From contig VHCN01000005.1 in assembly GCA_016871675.1 (NCBI GenBank), forward strand, positions 384-64,383: DNA of 64,000 nt. Direction: 5' to 3'. Origin of the DNA: Verrucomicrobiota bacterium (GTDB taxonomy: Bacteria; Verrucomicrobiota; Verrucomicrobiia; Limisphaerales; VHCN01). Shown piece after piece: positions 22,092 to 30,372 of the stretch. Under the pieces are notes generated by a model that ran no database searches, was not told the DNA's origin, and was given only the letters and a program-made list of their open reading frames with translations. Positions within the stretch are counted from its first letter, which is position 1. The number at the start of each line of letters is the position of its first letter. Position numbers and translations under genes: made by a program.

Positions 22092-23633
22092 ATGAACGGC
22101 ACTGCCCCGATGCTCTCCCTGCGCTCTCGCGCCGTGATTCTCGCCGCCATCGCGACTTTCAGCGTCACTCCCGTCCGCGCCGATGTGAAACTCCCCGCGC
22201 TGTTTTCCGATCACCTGGTGCTGCAACGCGGAGTCGCCGCTCCCGTGTGGGGCTGGGCTGACCCGGGCGAGCAAATCACCGTCACGATCGCGGGCCAAAC
22301 CAAGTCCGCCACCGCCGACGCGCAGGGCCAATGGATGGTGAAGCTCGACCCGCTGGCGTCCGGCGACGCGCTCACGCTCACCGTGAAAGGCAGGAACACG
22401 CTCACGGTCAAGGACGTGCTGGCGGGCGAAGTGTGGCTCGGCTCCGGCCAGTCGAACATGGCCATGACCGTGAATCGCGCGAAGGACTTCGGCTCCGAAC
22501 AAGCCGCGGCGACTTTCCCGCGCATTCGAATGTTCACCGAGCGCAGCGCGGCGTCCGCGACCGAGCAGACGGCGCCGCGCGGCGAGTGGGTCGTCTGCGC
22601 GCCCGACACGGTCGGCACGTTTTCAGCCACGGCCTATTTCTTCGGACGCGAGTTGCACCGCGCGCTCGATGTCCCGGTCGGCCTCATCAATTCATCCGTC
22701 GGCGGCACGCCGATCGAGTCGTGGATTGCGCCCGGCGCACAAACGGCCGCGCCGGAGTTGAAGGGCTTCTTCGAGTCCGCCCGCAATGCGAAGAAAGCCG
22801 CCGACCCCGCGCAGGCGAAGGCGAAGTTTGAGAAAGACCTCGCCAAGTGGCAGGACGACGCGAAGAAAGCCAGGGCCGAGGGCAAGCCCGCGCCGAAGCG
22901 CCCGCAGGACCCGGCCGCGGTCGCCGAACGCCGCGGCAACGTGGGCGGACTTTTCAACGGCAAGATCGCGCCGCTCGTGCCCTTCGCCATCCGCGGCGCG
23001 CTTTGGTATCAGGGCGAGGCGAACTCGATGCCGGAGAAGGCGCCGTTCTACCACGCGCAGCTTTCGTTGCTCGTGACCGACTGGCGCGCGCGATGGGCGC
23101 AGGAATTCCCGTTCGCGTGGGTGCAGCTCCCGAATTTCGGCGGGCCCGGTCGCGACTGGCCCGCGGTGCGCGAGGCGATGCTCAAGACGCTCGCGCTGCC
23201 GAAGACCGGCATGGCCATCACGATCGACATCGGCGAGGAGAAGGACATCCACCCGAAGAACAAGCAGGACGTCGGCAGGCGTCTCGCGATGTGGGCGCTC
23301 GCGGATGTTTACGGGAAGAAGGACATCGCCGCGAGCGGCCCGCTGCCGGCGGGACACGAAGTGCGCGGTGGCGATGTGACGCTCAGCTTCAAGCACACGA
23401 ACGGCGGACTTGTCGCAAAGGGCGGCGAGTTGAAGGGCTTCACAATCGCCGGCGAGGACAGGACATTCGTGCCCGCCACCGCGAAGATCGTCGGCGACAA
23501 GGTGATCGTGTCGGCTCCCGGCGTGAAGCAGCCGCAGGCCGTGCGCTACGCGTGGGAGAACTGGCCGACGTGCAACCTCTACAACGGCGCCGGCCTTCCC
23601 GCCTCTCCCTTCCGCACGGACGATTGGAAATAG
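22092..23633 (+). CDS. Sialate O-acetylesterase-like SGNH hydrolase
   Basis: LPALFSDHLVLQRG, GEVWLGSGQSNM (SGNH block I), ALWYQGEAN, KDIHPKNKQDVGRRLA. Typical 9-O-acetylesterase layout. ATG at 22092 follows the sulfatase stop. Confidence 0.75.
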   Translation: MNGTAPMLSLRSRAVILAAIATFSVTPVRADVKLPALFSDHLVLQRGVAAPVWGWADPGEQITVTIAGQTKSATADAQGQWMVKLDPLASGDALTLTVKGRNTLTVKDVLAGEVWLGSGQSNMAMTVNRAKDFGSEQAAATFPRIRMFTERSAASATEQTAPRGEWVVCAPDTVGTFSATAYFFGRELHRALDVPVGLINSSVGGTPIESWIAPGAQTAAPELKGFFESARNAKKAADPAQAKAKFEKDLAKWQDDAKKARAEGKPAPKRPQDPAAVAERRGNVGGLFNGKIAPLVPFAIRGALWYQGEANSMPEKAPFYHAQLSLLVTDWRARWAQEFPFAWVQLPNFGGPGRDWPAVREAMLKTLALPKTGMAITIDIGEEKDIHPKNKQDVGRRLAMWALADVYGKKDIAASGPLPAGHEVRGGDVTLSFKHTNGGLVAKGGELKGFTIAGEDRTFVPATAKIVGDKVIVSAPGVKQPQAVRYAWENWPTCNLYNGAGLPASPFRTDDWK

Positions 23634-23637
23634 GAGC

Positions 23638-23675
23638 GCGACCGTCCCGGTCGCACCCGTCGGCGTCCCGCCGAC
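23638..23675 (+). terminator. Two adjacent GC hairpins downstream of the esterase gene
   Basis: GCGACCG-TCC-CGGTCGC (23638-23654) and GTCGGCG-TCC-CGCCGAC (23659-23675). A third hairpin, GCAACCGG-TCAGT-CCGGTTGC, lies at 23700-23720. None has a U-tract. Confidence 0.3.
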
Positions 23676-23780
23676 AGGTTTGGGCAACACCACGGCACCG
23701 CAACCGGTCAGTCCGGTTGCGCGAGCATGGTTTCGGCGGGACGCCACGCGCTCCCTGTTCAAAGGCGTGGATTCGCCCTC

Positions 23781-25175
23781 TCAGCGCACCTGCTTCACGA
23801 CGCGTTGCGCGGCGGCGGCGATGAGGTTCTCCACGTCGTCCGCCCACCGGTGCGCGGGCATGCCATAGACATACATGGAGGTGTTGCCCTCGTAACCGCT
23901 GCGACCCGGCGCGCGAGGCGGCTTGTCCTCGGCCAGCACGCGCGCGGACGGGATGTAGGCCATCACATCGTTGCAGTAGCCCGCGACCCACGTGTCGGCG
24001 CCGAACTCGCGCTTGAAGCGCAGCGAATAATCCACCACCACCTCGCCGCCGAGCGTGATCCAAAGTTGCCCGCCGAGGGACCACGCCTGCACCGGATACG
24101 GATACGTGCGCGCGAACTGCTTGCCGGCTTTCAAGTCCGCGAGCAGGCGGGCGGCCCATCGGTTGTTCGAGGCGGGCTTGCCGCCGGTGAGCTTCTCGAG
24201 TTCGTCGAGCGTCGGCGCGTCGCCGAGATTCAGCGTCGCAAGTTCGAGCGCCGTCGCGAGCTTCGGCGCGAGCGGCTTCATCGGCTGCAGCAGCGTCTCC
24301 TCGACGGCGGCGGCGAGCATCTGCCCGTAGCGTTCGGCCTGGAAGACCGCGCGGCGCGGCAGCGGGTTTTGGTCTGCGCCGCATCCGCTGAAGAACATCG
24401 CCGCCGCACCGGGGTGGCTGCGCTCCAGCGCGAGTTGCGCGAAGCCCGCGTAGTCGCCGCACCAGTGGTAGAAGCTCAGCGTCGTGTTGTGGCACGCGTA
24501 GCCGAACACGACGGCCATGAGCGCGCCGTTCGTGCCGGTGACGGCGAGCACGGGCACGCTGTGGTCCACCGGGCCCTTGAGCGCGTTTTCCTCGATGAGC
24601 TTCGGCACCTGCGCCTCGGGATTGTTGCGGCGGTTCACCGCGAAGCGCGTGACGCCCTGTCCCGCCGAGAGCCGCGCCGGCGCGAGACTGGCAAGCGCCT
24701 TGCCGGCGGCCTCGACGATCTTCGCCTCGAGCTGGTCGGAGTAGGCGTTGATGGCGGCCTTGTGTTCCTCCTGGATCGGATACGCGTCGTAGAGGGCGCC
24801 GCGGAGGACGGGCGTGCAGTGCGAGTGCGACGCGTGGAGCATGACTTGCGCGCGGTCGAGCCCGAAGCGCTGCTTCAACGCGGCGCAGGTGTTGTTGTAA
24901 ATGCTCTGCGGCACGCCGAGCAGGTCGCTCGACAGGATGATGCCGCGACGGCCCGAGGCGTCCTCGATCGCGAGCACCTTGATGAAGAGCGGGTGTTGTG
25001 TGCCCTCCGCCGGACGGTCGCGTCCGCCGTAGCCGGCCATCCACTGCGGTCGGGTGGGCGTGATGTCCGCGGAGGCGACGCCGGCCTTCCACGGAGGTTC
25101 GGCGGCGAGCAAGCCGAGGGGAGGGACGAGGAGTGCGAGAAGAGCAGCGATGCGGAGCAGTGCGCGCGGGAGCAT
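23781..25175 (-). CDS. Exported neutral/alkaline ceramidase-like hydrolase (N-terminal domain family)
   Basis: Signal peptide MLPRALLRIAALLALLVPPLGLLAA. KAGVASADITP...MAGYGGRDRPAEGTQHPLFIKVLAIED and HASHSHCTP resemble the ceramidase_alk family. ATG at 25175 preferred to 25268. Confidence 0.6.
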   Translation of the reverse strand: MLPRALLRIAALLALLVPPLGLLAAEPPWKAGVASADITPTRPQWMAGYGGRDRPAEGTQHPLFIKVLAIEDASGRRGIILSSDLLGVPQSIYNNTCAALKQRFGLDRAQVMLHASHSHCTPVLRGALYDAYPIQEEHKAAINAYSDQLEAKIVEAAGKALASLAPARLSAGQGVTRFAVNRRNNPEAQVPKLIEENALKGPVDHSVPVLAVTGTNGALMAVVFGYACHNTTLSFYHWCGDYAGFAQLALERSHPGAAAMFFSGCGADQNPLPRRAVFQAERYGQMLAAAVEETLLQPMKPLAPKLATALELATLNLGDAPTLDELEKLTGGKPASNNRWAARLLADLKAGKQFARTYPYPVQAWSLGGQLWITLGGEVVVDYSLRFKREFGADTWVAGYCNDVMAYIPSARVLAEDKPPRAPGRSGYEGNTSMYVYGMPAHRWADDVENLIAAAAQRVVKQVR

Positions 25176-25280
25176 GGGACGAGTTTCGTGTTGGGGCGCG
25201 GGAACGGGCAAGGGGTTTCTTGGTGTCCGCCGGCCTCGTCCTCGATGCCCGTTCAACCTGCGAAACACGAGGACGAGGAC

Positions 25281-25305
25281 GACGAACGTGAAACTTCCGT
25301 TCGTC
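25281..25305 (-). terminator. Hairpin 3 nt downstream of the Pup-ligase-family gene
   Basis: GACGAACG-TGAAACTTC-CGTTCGTC, a perfect 8-bp stem. On the minus strand it is followed only by a weak T-run (GTGTTTCGC). Confidence 0.35.
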
Positions 25306-25308
25306 CGC

Positions 25309-26709
25309 TCACGGCACGAGGCCGCGCAGTTGGCGGACCCACTGCTCGCCTTCGTCAGGCTGCGGGTCGAACGGATTCAGGAGGTTGAGCGAGTTGAAGC
25401 CCTCGGCGTCGATCACCTCCCAGTCCACAAAGTAGCGGAAGGTCTGGTGCCGGAGCAGGTGCATGAGGCGCGAGCGGGCGTGGGCGCGTGTGTTGGCGGG
25501 CGGCTGGTGCGTCGCCTCGAGCACGTCGGCATCGGTCAGTTGCCACGCCGCAGGCGTCGCGGCGAGCGCGTGCCCGAGGCTGCGACGCGCGTCGGTGTGG
25601 TGAAACTCGAGGTCTTGAGACCGCAACCACGGGTCGCCCCAGTCGAGGCCCTCACGGTCGATGAATTGCTGGAAGAGAAAGCGCTTGGTGATCCAGTCCA
25701 CGCGGCCGACAAGCCGCATCGGATCGTTCTCCAGGTCCTTCAGCACATCGCCCCAGATCAACAGCAGCGTGTCGGTTTCGTCGTCGCGACCGCGGAACTC
25801 GGACTTGGCCTGTTGATGAAATCGCTGGAGCAGCTCGACCGCGTGCTGGCAGCGGCCATCGGCCATCGGCACCTGCCACGGGCCGTCGGGTTGGTGCGAG
25901 AGCGCGCGGAAGGACATCACGGCGTCGGCGAGCGCGATGCGCGGCATGTGATCGAGTTCGAGCAGGTCAAGCATGAGCGCGGTGGTGCCGACCTTGAGCA
26001 GGAGCGTGGTCGGGAGCATGCTCGTGTCGCCGTGAAGGAGGTGGAGCCGGCGGTATTTTCGGGCGTCGGCGAGCGGTTCATCGCGGGTGTTGATGATGGC
26101 GCGGTTGAACTGCACCCACTCGAACAGGTCGTTGTTGATGTAGTCCGCGCGCTGGCTGATTTGAAACGGGCTGTCGGTGCCGGTGCGGACGATTTCGCCG
26201 CGCGACTCGGCGCTGAGCGACGCGCCGACACGGCCCGCGCCCGCGAAGAGCACGCGCAATGTGAGGAACGACAGCAGCGACTGGATGTTCACCTCCGTCA
26301 GCGGCACCGTGCGGCGGACGAGATAATTCTCGTGGCACCCGAAGGTCGCGCCCGAGTAGTGGTCCACGTTGTTGCGGATGAAGCTCACGGAGTCGGCGAG
26401 TTTCAGCGCGCGCAAGCACTCGCAGAGGATGGCGTCGCCCGCGGCATCGTAACGGAGCACATCGAGCAGCGAGAGGCATTCGGGAGTGCAGTATTCGAGG
26501 TGGCCCATGTCCACGTAGCAGCGGCCGCCGTTGAAGAGGAAGCCGCCGTTGCCCGCGGGTTCATCCCAGTCGCGCTGATGGAGGTCGGCCAGTCCGTAGC
26601 GATGCTTGTCGAAGACCCAGTTGCGCACGCGGCCGATGGCGCCGGGCGGGCCGGCGAGGTCTGCGGTAAGGCAGCCGTATTCCGTTTCGAGGCCGACGAT
26701 GCGGTTCAT
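25309..26709 (-). CDS. Pup-ligase / Pup-deamidase (PafA/Dop) family protein
   Basis: NRIVGLETEYG, RCYVDMGHLEYCTPEC, GATFGCHENYLV, FLTLRVLFAGAGRVG and LHLLHGD align by eye with mycobacterial PafA/Dop. ATG at 26709. Confidence 0.85.
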   Translation of the reverse strand: MNRIVGLETEYGCLTADLAGPPGAIGRVRNWVFDKHRYGLADLHQRDWDEPAGNGGFLFNGGRCYVDMGHLEYCTPECLSLLDVLRYDAAGDAILCECLRALKLADSVSFIRNNVDHYSGATFGCHENYLVRRTVPLTEVNIQSLLSFLTLRVLFAGAGRVGASLSAESRGEIVRTGTDSPFQISQRADYINNDLFEWVQFNRAIINTRDEPLADARKYRRLHLLHGDTSMLPTTLLLKVGTTALMLDLLELDHMPRIALADAVMSFRALSHQPDGPWQVPMADGRCQHAVELLQRFHQQAKSEFRGRDDETDTLLLIWGDVLKDLENDPMRLVGRVDWITKRFLFQQFIDREGLDWGDPWLRSQDLEFHHTDARRSLGHALAATPAAWQLTDADVLEATHQPPANTRAHARSRLMHLLRHQTFRYFVDWEVIDAEGFNSLNLLNPFDPQPDEGEQWVRQLRGLVP

Positions 26710-26832
26710 GGCGGAGCGTTCCCACACTGTCGCGTGAGCGCGGCGGCGAGGCAAGGGGAAGAACGACCACGCTTCGATCCCCGTGAGCAGTCAACGCTAG
26801 ACTTCCCGGACCGTGTTCTTCACTCTCGGTCC

Positions 26833-27810
26833 ATGACGAAAAGTGCCCTCGGCCGCGGCCTCGGCGCGCTGCTTGGCGGAGCCGCGCCTTCCAACCGACC
26901 GGTCGTCCCGACGCCGCCGCCGGTTCAACCCGAACTCCCGCGCGCGGCGGCGGAATCCCAAGCCGCGGTTCCCGCTCCGCCCGCGACCGCGCCGGACGGC
27001 CGCGAGCGCGTCGAACTCATCCCGCTCGCGAATCTCCGGCCGTGCCCGCTCCAGCCGCGCAAGGACTTCGCGCCCGACTCGATCAAGGAACTCGCGGACT
27101 CCATCCGCGAGCAGGGCATCCTGCAGCCGCTGATTGTCCGCGCGCGCGGCGGCGGGTTTGAACTCATCGCGGGCGAGCGGCGGTGGCGGGCGGCGCAATC
27201 GCTCGGCCTCGCGGACGTGCCGGCGATCGTGCGCGAAGCCGACGACCGCAAGGTGCTCGAGATGGCGCTCATCGAAAACCTCCAGCGCGAGAACCTCAAC
27301 CCGATCGAGGAGGCGCAGGGATACGCGCAGCTCATCTCGCAGTTCCAGCTCACGCAGGAAAGCGTCTCGACGCAGGTTGGCAAGAGCCGCGTGGCGGTCA
27401 CGAACGCGTTGCGACTGCTCCGGCTTCCCGGCGAAGTCCAGTCGCACGTCCGCAACGGCCTGTTGTCGGTCGGCCACGCGAAGGTCATCCTCGGTCTGCC
27501 GAGTCCAGCCGAGCAATTGCTCGCCGTGGATCGTGTGCTCAAGGACGGCTTGAACGTGCGCCAGACCGAGGAACTCGTGGCCAAGCTGCTCGAACCCACC
27601 GCGAGCATCACCACGCGTGGCGCGGACAAGGGCGCGAAGCCCGTCGCGCGCGACATCCATGTGGTGGACCTTGAGCACCGGCTCGCGCAACGCTTCGGCA
27701 CGAAAGTCTGGCTCCGCTACCGCAAGGGCAAGGGCGCGGTGGAGATCAAGTTTTACAGCGACGACGAGTTGCAGCGCGTGCTCGAAGTCGCGGGTGTGAA
27801 GGTGGATTGA
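26833..27810 (+). CDS. parB: Chromosome-partitioning protein ParB
   Basis: MTKSALGRGLGALL, PLQPRKDF, ELADSIREQGILQPLIV, ELIAGERRWRAAQ (CTP-binding GERR box), HTH region (QESVSTQVGKSRVAVTNALRLLRLP). Confidence 0.92.
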   Translation: MTKSALGRGLGALLGGAAPSNRPVVPTPPPVQPELPRAAAESQAAVPAPPATAPDGRERVELIPLANLRPCPLQPRKDFAPDSIKELADSIREQGILQPLIVRARGGGFELIAGERRWRAAQSLGLADVPAIVREADDRKVLEMALIENLQRENLNPIEEAQGYAQLISQFQLTQESVSTQVGKSRVAVTNALRLLRLPGEVQSHVRNGLLSVGHAKVILGLPSPAEQLLAVDRVLKDGLNVRQTEELVAKLLEPTASITTRGADKGAKPVARDIHVVDLEHRLAQRFGTKVWLRYRKGKGAVEIKFYSDDELQRVLEVAGVKVD

Positions 27811-27920
27811 CCGCGCCGCGGACCTTGACCGCCGGCGCCTGAGGTCACGATTCCATGGGGAGGCCCGGCCGTCCTGATTTCGTTCGACTTCCACGCAGGG
27901 ACTCACGACATTCCCGCCGC

Positions 27921-28964
27921 ATGGTGACGCAGGAATCCATCCTCGAAGCGCTCAAAGCCGTGAGATATCCCGGCTACTCGCGCGACATCGTCTCGTTCGG
28001 GCTCGTGAAACACGTCGCCGCCGGCGCCGGCGCGGTGAACGTCCGGCTTGAACTGACCTCACCCAACGTCGAGGCCGGGCGCGCGCTCAAGTCCGGCTGC
28101 GAGCAGGTTCTCCGCGCGTTGCCCGGCGTCGAGCACGTGTTCGTGGAGGTGAAGCAACCGCAACCCGCGCCGGGCGCGCCGGCCGCGGGCGCACCGCAAC
28201 CCGCGCGACGCCTGCCGGGCATCGGTCGCATCGTCGCGGTCGCGAGCGGCAAGGGCGGCGTCGGCAAATCCACCTGCTCGGTGAACCTCGCCTGCGCGCT
28301 CGCGCAACTCGGCCTCGAAGTGGGCTTGCTCGACTGCGACATCTACGGCCCGAGCATCCCGCTGATGATGGGCGTGCGGCAGCGGCCGTTCGTGAGCGAG
28401 GATGAAAAACTCGTGCCGCCGATGAACCACGGCGTGAAACTCATGAGCATGGGCTTCCTGCTCGATGGCGACCAGCCGGTGATCTGGCGCGGGCCAATGA
28501 TCCAGAAAACCATCCAGCAGTTCATCACGCAGGTCGAGTGGGGCCGCCTCGACATCCTGCTCGTCGATCTTCCGCCCGGCACGGGGGACGCGCAGCTCTC
28601 GCTCTGCCAGACTGTGCCGCTCGACGGCGGCGTCATCGTCACCACACCGCAGGAGGCTTCGCTCGGCGTCGTGCGAAAGGGCATCGCCATGTTTCAGAAG
28701 GTCAACGTGCCCATTCTCGGCATCGTGGAAAACATGAGCTACTTCACCGCGCCCGACGGCTCGCGCGTGGACATCTTCGGCCACGGCGGCGGCAAGTCGG
28801 AGTCGGCGCGGCAGGGCTTCACGTTCCTGGGCGAAGTGCCGATCTTCGTGGAAATCCGCGAGGGCGGCGACAGCGGCGTTCCCGCGGTGGTCAGCACTCC
28901 GAAGGGACCGGCGGGACAGGCGTTCCACGCGATCGCGAAGGCGCTGCAGTCGGAACTGGAGTGA
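27921..28964 (+). CDS. Mrp/NBP35/ApbC-family P-loop ATPase with an N-terminal DUF59-like domain, lacking the CXXC motif
   Basis: ILEALKAVRYPGYSRDIVSFGLV (DUF59-like), ASGKGGVGKST, DCDIYGPSIP, LVDLPPGTGD. The usual ENMSxFxCPxCG is here ENMSYFTAPDGS (28731-28763). Confidence 0.85.
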   Translation: MVTQESILEALKAVRYPGYSRDIVSFGLVKHVAAGAGAVNVRLELTSPNVEAGRALKSGCEQVLRALPGVEHVFVEVKQPQPAPGAPAAGAPQPARRLPGIGRIVAVASGKGGVGKSTCSVNLACALAQLGLEVGLLDCDIYGPSIPLMMGVRQRPFVSEDEKLVPPMNHGVKLMSMGFLLDGDQPVIWRGPMIQKTIQQFITQVEWGRLDILLVDLPPGTGDAQLSLCQTVPLDGGVIVTTPQEASLGVVRKGIAMFQKVNVPILGIVENMSYFTAPDGSRVDIFGHGGGKSESARQGFTFLGEVPIFVEIREGGDSGVPAVVSTPKGPAGQAFHAIAKALQSELE

Positions 28965-28978
28965 GGGGCTTGGGGGCG

Positions 28979-30136
28979 TCAGCCCGAGGCGATGCGAAAC
29001 GCCGCGCCGAGAGCGATGATCCAGGAGATGATCGCGAAGATGCTGAAGAACCGTTTGATCACCTCGCCGTAGTCGAAGCCGGACACAATTTCGGCCGCAA
29101 GTTGGGCCTCGACCTCGGACTTCAACGATTTCCCTTCTGCCAGCGCCTTGAGCCGCGGCACCTCCTCGGACTTGAATTTCTGAAGGTCCGCGTCGCTGAT
29201 GGTCTTTGGATCCGTCCGGTCGGCGGCGAGTTCGCGCACGGCGGCTTTTCGCAACTCGTCATCGTTCTTCGCCTGGGCGACATTCTTCGCGAGTTCCACG
29301 CGCGCCTCGTAGGCTGACTCCACCGCCCCGGTGACGGCGGCGGCGAAGTCCGCGGTGAGTGCGACGGCACTTCCGCCGACGATGCCGAGCAGCGCGCAGA
29401 GCGCCGCCACCACACCGAAGCCCGTGCTCGTCCCGCGCCCGAGCAACTTCGCTCCGAAGCCCGCCGTCACTCCGACAAGCAAAGCCACGTAGCCCGAACG
29501 GATGCCCGTGAAGATGATCACGGCGACCCAAATCGCCATGCCGAGGAGCGCGCCGAGGAGCGCCCCGACACCCGCGAGCGCGAAGCTCGGCTTCTTCGAG
29601 CCGGACGCAGCCGTCGCCTTTCCCTCGCCGGAGTCGTCGACCTTCGCAACCGGCGCCGCGCCCGGCGACACGGGCCGAGGCAAGGGAGGCGCGCCTTCCG
29701 GGTCGGCCTTCGCCACGGGCGCCTTGTTTCCGACTGGCAGGCCGGGCTGTCCCGGTGCCGGCGGCGCGGGTGCTCTCGAAGCCGCGGCGGGAACTGCCGG
29801 CGGGCGCGGTGGCGCCGGTGCGGCGGGCTTCGCGGGCGGAAGCACGGGCTTGGAACCTGACGGCACGGCGCCGACCCGCACGGGGCCGGGCTTGGGAGCG
29901 ACGGGCGCAACCGGCGTGACGGCGGGCGGCGCCCTCGGCGCAACGTGGGATGGAGAATGGGGAGGTGCCGCTGCGGCGAGCGCGGCGAGCTTCGTTGCGA
30001 TGTCCAGGTTGGCGAGGTCCGTTCGGTTTTCGTTGCAGCGTGGACAAGTGACCGGTGCTGCCATCCGGCCGTCCACCGGCTCGGTGTCGAACTTGAACTT
30101 CGTGCCACAGGGACAGATGACCTTGACCTCGATCAT
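28979..30136 (-). CDS. Membrane protein: N-terminal zinc-ribbon, Pro-rich linker, polytopic TM region
   Basis: MIEVKVICPCGTKFKFD...VTCPRCNE (CxC...CxxC). A long P/A-rich linker. At least three hydrophobic helices (FALAGVGALLGALLGMAIWVAVIIF, YVALLVGVTAGFGAKLL, FGVVAALCALLGIVGG) and a C-terminal helix. No family recognised. Confidence 0.6.
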   Translation of the reverse strand: MIEVKVICPCGTKFKFDTEPVDGRMAAPVTCPRCNENRTDLANLDIATKLAALAAAAPPHSPSHVAPRAPPAVTPVAPVAPKPGPVRVGAVPSGSKPVLPPAKPAAPAPPRPPAVPAAASRAPAPPAPGQPGLPVGNKAPVAKADPEGAPPLPRPVSPGAAPVAKVDDSGEGKATAASGSKKPSFALAGVGALLGALLGMAIWVAVIIFTGIRSGYVALLVGVTAGFGAKLLGRGTSTGFGVVAALCALLGIVGGSAVALTADFAAAVTGAVESAYEARVELAKNVAQAKNDDELRKAAVRELAADRTDPKTISDADLQKFKSEEVPRLKALAEGKSLKSEVEAQLAAEIVSGFDYGEVIKRFFSIFAIISWIIALGAAFRIASG

Positions 30137-30372
30137 GGCGGATGCGTTCGGTAAGGGCGCGTGGTGGTTCGTGCCGGCGATTCGTCCGGGTGTGCGTGCG
30201 CGTTGGGAGCGGGGCACTTGTAGCGGAAGTGAAGGGTGCGAGGGAAGCAAAAGCTTTGGCGCGGTCGCGTCCGGGCAACGGAGTCCCGGGAACTGCCGCT
30301 CCGGCATTGCAATTCACCGCTTCGTGCCTACGCTCGAAACAAATCAGCCCACGCGTCATCCCATCTCCTGTC

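Noticed and set aside
25281-25296. CGTGAAAC half of a parS-like sequence near parB. Other GTGAAACA / GTTTCACG half-sites occur at about 28005 and 33440.
   Set aside because: Only one half of the 16-bp palindrome TGTTNCACGTGAAACA matches, with 3/8 or fewer matches in the other half. The 25281 copy is explained as a hairpin arm downstream of the Pup-ligase-family gene.
25176-25308. Search for a pup-like small ORF (C-terminal GGQ/GGE) next to the Pup-ligase-family gene; also searched 26710-26832.
   Set aside because: Translating the spacers gave no ORF with a GG[QE]-stop ending. The only GG-containing peptide (..EDEAGGHQETP..) runs on and has no start.
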